Shown here piece by piece: positions 39,344 to 49,947 of a stretch of 64,000 nucleotides of DNA. This DNA is from Vermamoeba vermiformis. Lineage: Eukaryota. A program made the position numbers and the translations under genes. Position 1 is the stretch's first letter. Each line of letters starts with the position of its first letter. Under the pieces are notes generated by a model that saw nothing but the letters and a program-made list of their open reading frames with translations, made no database searches and was not told the origin of the DNA. The stretch is from positions 1 through 64,000 of the forward strand of contig JBEWZL010000232.1 in the NCBI GenBank assembly GCA_045837725.1. Direction: 5' to 3'.

Positions 39344-40172
39344 TGTATCGTTAATGCTCGGCTCGTGTGCCGCCTTGTTGAGGGGTTAGTGAAAATTAAA
39401 GCTACGGCGCGAACCTCCAACAAAATTTTAAACCAAGACTCCACGTCACCATGCGTGGGATTTTAGTGAAAGTACGATTTATCTCGTTCCTTGTCGATCA
39501 GTGGCCAAATAATAGCCTCGCTTGAAATAGACAACACCAACAGAGCAAAATCTGTTCGCATTCACGGGACAATGTTCTTGAGCGTCAATAATTAGGAAGA
39601 TATCAGTACTAGATGCTATTCGGTCGTGGCATGCAGAAAAGGTAATTATTCCGAGTAAACACAATTTTAAATAATTATTTTGAATTTTTGTTTGATTTGT
39701 AACGGTTAGTTGCATTCACCTCCAACCTGCCCATGAACTCTCTATTGACTTCCCTTGCTAGCTTTAAGTACCCATACATTGCTGTTATCGTGCATGAGGG
39801 TTGATACAGCCACCAATGGTTGTGTAGTGCTCCATCCGCTCATCCGATTATGCGGTTCGATCTGGGGAACAAGGAAAATTCCTTTACGTGAAAACCGCAA
39901 GACACAAGTACCGCATGAACCTGTGCGGGTCATTACGGTAACTACAAGAACGCAACGGTCTTCGTGTTCTTTTCATTTTGCTTGCAAATTCGAGTTAGCT
40001 CGTTGCGGATTGGTCGGTTTGATTAAAAAGGAAAAACCGTAGATCAACGCAGCAAAACCGCACCGCAACACAAAACTTGCTTAAAAACGATGTCGCACGT
40101 TGTTTAATTCATTCAATCAACGCAAAAAGCAAGTACAACTTCTCACGGACTCGAAGTTGAATCTGACGCGAG

Positions 40173-42112
40173 ATGTCGAACAAACCGAAAAAAGATTTGG
40201 ATGTCGAGAGCGCATCACTTTCATCGCTCTCTGTATCGGTACGTACACTTGATAAATTTCAGATATGCCATTCAGAAGCATTATTCGTGATTAAAATTAA
40301 ATTTGTTCAATCGCAAATGAATTGAATTAATTTGAAGATTGCAGGACAAATTTAAACAACGATGGTACGTCATCTTTTCCGCCTTGGGAGTGGTCGCCGG
40401 TCTATTAGGATTCGCGATCCACTTTGGTCTCGCGTACGTGCCTGGCATTAATCCGCCCAACCAATGGCCCGCGGTTTGGGGTGCCATCTTTTCTGCTTAT
40501 TTTGCTGCCTTCTTGACTTTCTACTTGTGGAACGGCAAATTCTACTCGCGCAACGCTGGTGCTAGAATCACTAAGCTCGTTTTGTGGGGATTCCTTGCCG
40601 CATCTGGATTCATCATTTTTATTTGCAACATGATCGTCGGTGGTATCTCTAGCGATAGAGGCGCTATTGCCGGAGGTATTTGGGCATTGGTGTGGTGTGG
40701 TTGGGCTCTTGGATTGTGTAAGTACAGCACTTAGATGCTCTCGCCTGACCGTTACAAAAAACTTGATCTTGATCTCATTATCCCCGTCCTATCCTCAAAC
40801 AATAATGCTAATTCGGTTTTGTATGTAGTTATCGGATTCCTTAAAACACCTACTAAGAGTCGCCCTCACCGCCCAAAGAACAACAAGGGCATTAAGATCG
40901 TGTACGGCATCATCCGCGTCTTTGCCTACTTTTTCTTGGCTGTTGCTACATTTTTGATTGCATTGATGCTCGGTCACGTGTCTTCATTGGCTGCTGAAAC
41001 CGTGGCATTGCCCGTACCCGGCAAATTGGTCCAAGCCGACGCTGGATTCCCTTCTGGTGCTTCAATGAACATGCACATTCTTTGCAAGGGTCCTACTGAT
41101 TCTACTTTCCCTACTATCATCTTGGCTTCTGGTACGTATTTTATCCTCTATAAGTGTGTTACTTGCGCTCGTACTGAAATTCGGATGTGTTTTTAGGTGG
41201 TGGCACGTGCTCTGCTTCGATGATGCCCTTGCAAGATGCTATGACCGACAAATATAGAGTATGCGTCTTCGACTCACCGGGCTACTGCTGGTCAGATACT
41301 GGCAAGGTCCCCTACGCCAGAAGCGAACAGACGGATTTGGTTGCTCAGATGTTGGAAAGATCAGGCGAAAAGGGACCTTTTGTTATGATGGGCCACTCCG
41401 ACGGCGGTCAATTATCCCGAGCTGTTTTTGTCAGACACCCTGAGCTCGTTGCCGGAATTGTTTTGTTGGATTCAGTCAACACTGAATGGTACACAATCAC
41501 TTACAACTTGACCGGTCAAAACTACTTGGCTACACCGGACAACATGAACATTATTTCTACTGTCGATGTTGTGCGCGCATTTGCTGCTGTTGGTGTTCAG
41601 CGCTTGTTCCAAAGACCAAACGACTTCGCGCCAAAGTACCAACTTGCCGCGGGCTGGACTTGGTGGCAAACTCGAAACTGGAACTCTCAATACTGGGGAG
41701 TGAAAGGAGGCAACGGCGACATGGCCCAAAACTGGGATTATAATGGTAAGTCATCAACTATTCTAAGAAAAAATGCTAGCAAGATCCGGATCTAACGTAT
41801 TTTTTTCTTCCATTAGTTGACGGTGCTTACGGTAACTTGCCTCTTTTGGTATTGTCAGCTAGCGGACTGCCTCCCAACTCACCTTGCAGCGACTATGGTC
41901 TGCCTGATGGTGCTGACTGCGATCTGCGCCGTGAAGTCAACGACGCGATCTACCGCGATGTCGTTGTAGGCCAACGTGATCTTAGCACTCGCGGAGGACT
42001 TGTTTTGTGCATGAACGGCAATCAACCTTGCGGCCACGGCTTTGCATTCACCAAGGTCGATTGGATCGTCGAACAATTTAACACATACTTCAGCAACGTT
42101 ACCTTCGCTTAA
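40173..42112 (+). CDS. Alpha/beta hydrolase with N-terminal multi-TM domain
   Basis: MHILCKG, RVCVFDSPGYCWSD, nucleophile elbow GHSDGG, VAGIVLLDS, PLLVLSA, CGHGF; about 5 TM helices N-terminally. Confidence 0.8.
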
Positions 42113-42286
42113 TCAAGAAGGTCTAACCTAAAATGTCCTGTTAACAACGACGGGAAGTGAATAAATGTAAATAGAACGATTTTAATATTAAGAAAGCTTA
42201 CTTTTTGTTGACAGCGTTTGTTAAACTTGACTAAAGTATTCACGACCTTAGTAACTTTATTTTGGATTAACACCCGAAACTACTTT

Positions 42287-43154
42287 TTAAAAATAATATT
42301 GTGAGCGAGGTCTTGCGTTTCCATCTGCTTCCGGGATAAATACACAGGGACACTTCTCCAATGTGTAGTCGAAATTACCATATCCAATTTTGACGGGAAC
42401 GCCGCTCGGAAATGTGAATTGCAGCGAGTTACCCTGATCCACAGTCAAGGTAAATCGGAATGACGGCGAGTAAGCTTGGCTAGTTCCTTCATCGTTTCGG
42501 CCAATGATGGTGCAAGGTGGTTTGTACCTTGAGTAAACATCTGTCTCGGCAGTGAACAGCGGATCTCCAACAGCATCAAACTCAGCCTTATTGATTGTAA
42601 CAAATACTGTCCGATTTTCATTTATATAATGGCCTAAAAAAGAAATCGAATTAAATTTCTGGGCTTAGACAGAACACAGCTAAATGCTTGCCTTTAATAT
42701 TATTTACGTCCGCAAGGATGAGCTTATTGGGAGAGTCTGGTGCTACCGAGGTAATTATTTTGCCATCTCCATCACCGGAGAAATAGACGAAAGGATATGG
42801 TGAGTTTGATCCAGTACAGATGTTCTCCAAGGTCACCGCCATTGTAAAGCTGTACGCCTTTTCGTTTCCAGTAGCTATGAAATATTATTTTTATAATATT
42901 AGCATGAAGGTCTACATACCTCTTGAAACGCTGTAAGCCGAGAGGTCAGTTACTACTCCTCTGTAACAGCCAGTAGAGTCCGTTAAGTTGATTGGATTGG
43001 AGTAGCCTTGATAACTAATATAACTTGTATTCGTAAGCACTATTCGCTCGGCCAGAACTTGACCGTACTGCGTACTATTTTTATAGTAACATGGATCATA
43101 GCACCAAACGCACCACAAGAGCGCGAAAAGCACAAGTAAGCGTAATTTGAACAT
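42287..43154 (-). CDS. Secreted glycoprotein of unknown function (3 exons; second intron GC-AG)
   Basis: Signal peptide MFKLRLLVLFALLWCVWC, NxS/T sites; exons join in frame and end CPC...QYYF*. Confidence 0.65.
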
Positions 43155-43514
43155 TCTTTATAAAGTATTGTTGAGGCTTATAGTTGCGATAATACTCCTA
43201 AGAATGGCTTTTTACGTAATTCGATTTTTTTAAAATCAGATAATTTTTCAAGTAATTTTATAATTAATTCTAATGATCGATATAACTCGGAAATATTTAC
43301 CTTTTTATTGTCAAAAATCGTCAACCAGATCTAAATTATTCTTGCTCTGCTTTCAACACTATTGTAATTTACGGATTCTGTGGTTCATGATTCTGATGCT
43401 AAATTCATTCGTCTCCATTAGACGAGTAATGGATCTATTTGTTGTTTAGCCTATTTTGGTGAAGCAACATGAAATTCGAATTAACAAGACCATTTTGTTC
43501 ATTTTAAACTCACA

Positions 43515-44376
43515 ATGACAACAATCATGACTACAATGATCAGAGCAAGCATTCTTATGGTACTCTTTGTAGGGTTTGGCTCCGCTCTAAACTTTCCTGG
43601 AACCTGCTACAATACCGATAACTCGACGTTCACATCTGCTAAGGTTGATGAAGGCATCATATTTCCGGTGTACGTTAACGAAAGTACAGCTCAGCGCTAC
43701 GTGATAGACAATACAACGCAGTGGAAGTTCAATTTTGGTTATTTGTCGGCGTCCGGTAGCGAAGCAAATTGTAAGTCTACAACACATTGCCGGAGCTTGG
43801 TTCTGATACCTATTATAGCAACAAAAAACATGTACTTTGACGCAGTCTTGGAGAGTATCACTAACGGAACGAATATTCCATTGGGAGCTTACGAATCTGC
43901 CGATATTAAGATCCGAGCTTCTGCAGAGTTAGGACGACTCACTATTGAAGATTTCAGCTTTGCGGGTATGATATTTTCATACGCTTACTATTGATGTATT
44001 TACACCATCCTACTGCTAAGGCTTCGTTCGAAACCGGAACGACTTCTACGCCACTCAGCCGGCCTCCTATAACATATCGATAAGTTACGCGGAGTTTCGG
44101 ACCAAGCAGGGCCCTGAAAGTTTCCAAAAATGGAAATATATCAACAAAGATTTTGGATCTAACTGTACAACGGTGACTATTGGATCTGCTAGCTCAAACG
44201 TCCTGGCGCAATACAGACCATTTACTATGGAGATGATCTTTTACAGTGGTTTGCATCTCTGGTTCGATATTCCGCTGTCGTTGAATTATTCCGCTCGCTA
44301 TTTCTCAGGCAGCACCATCGATACCTTCACCAACTGTCCTGACTGCTCCAGCTTAAATACAACATCGTATTATTAG
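43515..44376 (+). CDS. Secreted glycoprotein of unknown function (3 exons)
   Basis: Signal peptide, NxS/T sites, two phase-1 GT-AG introns; ends CPDC...SYY*. Confidence 0.65.
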
Positions 44377-44439
44377 CACTATTCACTTTATAACATATTT
44401 TACGCTTTCATTCAGTGGAGATAATAAACTCCTTGTTTA

Positions 44440-46146
44440 TTAATCGAGCCAATAGTACGAGACATCGAGGTCGTACAATTTAGGCATTTTTTCGAGCAGC
44501 ATTTGTTGATCGAGTTGATACGTATTTGGCACGTGCGGTGTCAAACGTTCCAAAGATGTCAAAAGTGTCAATTTTTGTAACGGTTCTGTGTTGCTTACGT
44601 TCAAATCCAACCACGTCAACTTTCTTAAATTAGTCCATACTTCCATATTTAGATGCTCATTGACAGTTATTGTTAACATTCGCAGATTTGTTAGCTGACC
44701 AATTGCTTCGTTCAGAGCAGGACTAACAGTGTTGGCCGAAAGGCTTGTCAGGTTTTGAAATTTCGTGAGTAAATTAACCATTTTTGGAGTGTTTGGTAAA
44801 TCATATAGCACTTCCAATTGTGTTAAGTGAATCAGATCGAAAGAGAGAATATTTCGAACACCAACGCCGTTGATTTCCTTGAGTGACGTCATTAGTGGTG
44901 CGCTCTCAAAGGTCAATTTGCATCTATTTATAGTAAGGCTTGTCAATTTCGTCATTGTTGTTGAGATTTCTAACTCAATAAGGGGCATGCGGGGGTGGAA
45001 ACGGATCCGCAAATCGACAAGACTCGTCAAAGAGTTGAGGCGTTTGGTGAACGTAGGAACGTCCAATTGGCACCTACTTTCTACTGATATACATAATGAC
45101 TGTAGTCTAGTAAATTTTGTCAACTCTTTCAAATAATTTGAGAAGGTTTCTGGATCGGGCAATTGAAGGAGTCGAAGTTCTGTCAGTCCTTGTGCCTTAA
45201 TAAATGTTACTAACTCTTGTTTGTCATTGTCAGGCCAGTCTTTGTTCCAATTGATGCGTAGATATTGCAAATTTGTCAATTTTGTCAAATGATGCGGAGG
45301 TACTTCCGAAACTGCGAGTGAGGTCAGGGCAGTAGGATATTCGTCAATATCATAAGCGTCTATTCCGAGGTATTCTAATCGCGTGAACTTTGACGCGGGG
45401 AATAATCGTCTCGATTGGTCTGAGTAGGCTATATCTCTAAGTCCAACAAACGGATTTAGATCCTCTGGCTTAAATCTCATCTGGTTGCCACCGACAGTTA
45501 ACTCTGTTAATATTTTCGGATTTTTGATGAGTTCAAAAGGGTTGTATTCTCCTTCGCACCTGACCTCAAGGCATTGTAATTTCGATAAACTTGTTAAGAA
45601 GTCGATTTGGGCTGGATCCTTCACTTGTAAATCTACAAGTCGTGTTAATTCTTTCAAGTGCGCATATAATTCATTTGGTATGTTGTAGGTGTTCAAATGC
45701 TGAAGATCTGTCAAGACTGTCAGCGCCATCCAACTTGAATCCACATCTGACTCTCTGATGAGCATTTCAATTTCAAGACCAGTTAAGTTTCGTAATCTCG
45801 TGATATGATTGGATATATCTTTAATGCCAAACTTATTCTTCTTGAACGCTAAAGAGAACGGATTTGCGCATCTCGAAAAAGTGTCTACCACTTCCTCTAA
45901 TTGAGCTTTGGATACGAAAAAAGTAACAAAATTGCGTTTGTTGACGATGTTGAACAATCTTTTGTTTATAGCTCGTGCAACTAATTTCAAATCCGAATCA
46001 AGAAAGGAAATTATAAGCTGAATCAATTCGCCGGGGAGGTTGTCCTATTGATAGTAATTTTATTAATTAATTTTACAAGGGAATGCTTAACAGAATAAAT
46101 AATTAATTTATCTTAAAAGATCTGACGTTAAAGCTGCGCTTACCAT
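44440..46146 (-). CDS. F-box/LRR protein
   Basis: ATG-only first exon (46144-46146), intron 46045-46143, then DNLPGELIQLIISFLD (F-box) and a long exon of LxxLxxL repeats. Confidence 0.85.
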
Positions 46147-46627
46147 TTTTCAAGATTCAATTATTATATTGAGACCTGGTAACACACTCGAAGTGTTTAA
46201 TATGAGACCTTTTGTTCTTGTTTCCAGGCGGAATTGTTAATAGATCTGTGAAACAGCTGTCTCCTTGTCTTCAATTGGCTGGCACCTGTCGTTGATCGAA
46301 CAAAACGGTGTGTTGGCTGGGTTGTACGAGATACTGCCCAGTTCCGTGAACCATGAATGAAGTACCGGGGACAACGCGAACTGGTTCAAGGCCAACGGGG
46401 TCTGAAGGAGTGCACGCCCACATGTGAGACTTCGAGTTGTTTAAATATTTCAGCTGTATCGTCTGCCAATTATAATTGATACAACAAAAACTATTGGTTG
46501 TTATTACTACAAATTACATTATATTTCGAGTGGTGCCGTGTGCCACATGTAACACGAGTTTAAGTGGTAAATCGATGCGGACCGCTAGAACCATCTTCTT
46601 GCCGCTGTCGCTTTACCATTATTTGTG

Positions 46628-47363
46628 TTAATTGATGAGGCCCACCTTGATGAAGTCCTCGAATTGGGAGCGCTGGTTGAACTCGTCACCGTTAAATGCA
46701 ATGCCGTAAAATTGTGCCAAGTTGGCCAGTTCGTCTAACGTGAGCTCAGATGCAGCAGCTACATTCGCTGGGAAATAGACGTTTACTGCCTGCGGAAGTA
46801 CGCCCACTAGAGCGATATTAGGTATTAGACATTCGTGACGAAGTACGTCAACTTACTGTTAGCAGCCACTGTTGATGGAAGAGGGCGCAGTGCAGCCTGG
46901 TCTCCTATCTGTTGGAACGCCAAGGCATTGGCTACACGCAACGGGGGCAACTCCATCATCACTTTGAGCTGGTTTTGCACCGCATTGAGTTGGTATTGTA
47001 GTTGCAGTGCCCAGTCGGGAGCTCCAGCGGCTTGATACGACTGCTCTGCGGCTAACCGAATCATTAGCCAAGGTGAAGTTAGTGACCAAAGCACTATTTG
47101 CAGCTTGTTTTTTGGTAAATATTAATTATTTAAATTATCTATTACCACGCAAATATTATTCTATTCGTACTAATATTGATAATAATAATAAGTAATTGCT
47201 TACCTTTCGACTTCTTGACGGCCTTGGAACAGTCATGCTCCGTAATGTCGCCCGCATCCGCGCTCGCATTATCAAGACCGGGTACGACTGGATCGGGAGG
47301 GGCAATGTGCAGGGCTTGTGAACCTTGTTGTAATTGAGGGATTACATTTTGAGGTTGAGCCAT
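46628..47363 (-). CDS. Small protein with Mug135-like C-terminal domain (PF08593-like), 3 exons
   Basis: GAPDWA...RVANA...LRPLP...YFPANVAAASELTLDELANLAQFYGI...QFEDFI; GT-AG introns keep the frame. Confidence 0.6.
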
Positions 47364-47713
47364 TGCTGTGGTTAACTTGTTGAACAATATGAAAATCTTG
47401 AACAACGGGTCTGAGAAGGGAGTGCGGGGCTGGTAGTCGTTGATTGGAGTGGCTAGACATTCACCTTCGACGGAGCTGTAAGTGCGGCACTGAGTGTCCG
47501 CGCCACATGCTTCAGCAACATTTGGAGCTGTACTTGTACGAGCCATGATGCAAAGTCGGGGGAAGTCTACAATTACAGCCCTTGGGACGCCGTTACAGAG
47601 GTCTATTGCAGTTGACATCTTACAAGTAGACTATGGCCGGCGGGTACTAAATCTAGGTATGGCGAGTTACTTAATTTTGTGTGAGCCACTGCTATCCGAG
47701 CTCGGCAGATCTG

Positions 47714-49118
47714 CTAGTTCGCGGATGCGTCAAATTCTTCTTCCACGATAAGCAAATGCTTTTTGGCACCGCCTAACAACTCTTCTATATTTTGGGTCTT
47801 ATCAGTTGATAGTGTTACTTTAGTTTTCGGATAGCTCGTGAAAAGTTGCCACGATCTCGTTTCGAGAGATAAATTTCCTAAACAGGAAGGCATTAAATTA
47901 TTGCAATTTACGCGTAAATTCTTTATCATTAAAGCCCAATAAAATTAATTTTGCAAGACCGTGGCATTTACCTTCAATAAAATTATAAAGTTCCTCCGAA
48001 GTAGTTGTCTTAAGAAAACGGCGGATCTGCTTAGCGCCATCTGGGAAACGAAGTGCGATCTAATAGTACGGTTAAATAGTGCTCTAAAAATGCAACGAAG
48101 GCGATTAAAGTACTGAACGAACCTCCACTGCGTTTTGTGTACCGGCATCTGGTTCCGGCGAGATCGACTCTTTAAGCTGATCTCGATAGCTTCTCAAGCT
48201 CTATAGTGCACAGTGAGTTAAATAACGTTCTATGCGCGGTATTCAACTATTTAAAGCGGATCTCCCGCTCGCGTACCTCTTCGACAATTTTTTGTTCTTC
48301 TTCAGCCATCTTTCTTTCATTTTCCTCTTTCGCTCTTTTCTCCTCCTACAAGCGCATTATTTTGTATACTTTCATTATATAGTCCATTGGGTCAAGTCAA
48401 AATTACCTTTTCTCGATCTTGTCTCAAACTTTCTTCAAAAGCAGCGTTCTGTTCCGCAATAAGGGCACTCGTTTCATCGTAGTTATTGTTATTATTGTTA
48501 TTTTGCTGAGCGCGTTGCCGTCTTCGTTGCTCCTGATCGCAAAAAAATTAATGCCCGCCAAAATATTTAAGTTTGGCAAACCAGAACAACAGAATGTAAA
48601 ACAAGATTAGTACTTATATTGTATACTATACCTCTTCTTCTCGGAACCGAAGCGATTCTTCAATTGCCCTTGATTCCTCGAGCCACTCGTAAGCGAATCT
48701 TTGTTGATCTTGTAGTTGCCTTTGCCTTCGTCGTAATTCAGTCTCCTACAAAAAATGTTAATTTTAGCATTTTTGAAAATACAAGGTAGGCATTGTAATT
48801 TATCAAGATACATTAGGAATTCATTTCAGACAGATTCAGATTTCAAAAATATTTGTATAAACGAAATTAGCATTGATTATGTTCTAATAATTACCCTAGC
48901 AGTTTCTGTGGCCTGTAATTGAAGTCTTTCGCGGCTTCTGAGGACGCTAGCTTGATCTAAATTTTTCAAATTAATTAGTAATTTTGCAAAAATCAATTAA
49001 TTTATTGAACTAATGTACCATATGTAGGAGTAGCCACATTTGCGTTCCTGTTGTCTTTTTGAAGCAAAGTACGCCAAATCCACTTTGCCACGTAAGCGAT
49101 AGGGAAACAGACAAACAT
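47714..49118 (-). CDS. UBX-domain protein (p97/Cdc48 adaptor, FAF-like), about 8 exons; start approximate
   Basis: EQNAAFEESLRQDREK coiled coil, PEPDAG, IALRFPDGAKQIRRF...LYNFI, LFTSYPK. Confidence 0.85.
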
Positions 49119-49947
49119 TACGCTTATCACGAAATTGATCGCTGATATTAACAGCGCTATTATTCTCATTTTTGTTCTTTGTGGTGCGGTCTTTCAAGTT
49201 GAAGTATAATTATTCAGAAGAAATTTAGGGCTGGACGAGTGCACGCCGAATCTCATTATCTTTTTCTCACAAGCGCGAAAGAGATTGATCGCGCTTTATA
49301 GTGTGAATCCTGGCAAATTATTACGATCCGGATCACATCCCGGATGTATGGCGTACGAAGTAAGGAGTAATAACTTAGCTTTCGGCTATATATTTTTGCG
49401 ATCGATCATTGAAGCATTGAGCAGTTAAAAATAATTCTGCAGCGGTCTCCAGTGGAGAGTCGTTGCGAGATTACTGAGATACTTCTAAATTTGGGTTCGT
49501 AAGGTTTTGGAATCCTGCGGCCTTTTCAATAGACTATAACTATAACAAGCTATACGTTTACCCTTTATCGATATACTGCGTAGAATAAGGCGATATTTAC
49601 TATATGAGCCGCACAAATATGAAATTATTAATGAAAAGTCAATTGTGGATGTATACGTCTCGTGGTATGCCGTGCCGATAATACAAATTTGCTGCCCATG
49701 TAATTAATCCGTTACGGGAGACTCGCGCAGAATTTATCAAGAAGGCGGAATTTCTACCGTAAATGGTGATAAGAATGCGAGCACGTGATTTTTTTTTCGC
49801 AACACATAAAGCCTGCGATGGGCGGGCATCTTTCCAGTCCAAATTTTATTCTCCGAAGGAACGACACGAAAGGGTCACTTTGTATTATTCAATACAAGTA
49901 TCGCTACACTTTTTCCTATCATCATCGAGACCTAACACTGGATCGAG

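Noticed and set aside
47625-47660. Helitron-like 3' end (GC-rich stretch then CTAG) or group I intron-like AGACTA
   Set aside because: No convincing hairpin, CTAG is not followed by T, and there is no matching 5' end or P7 partner.
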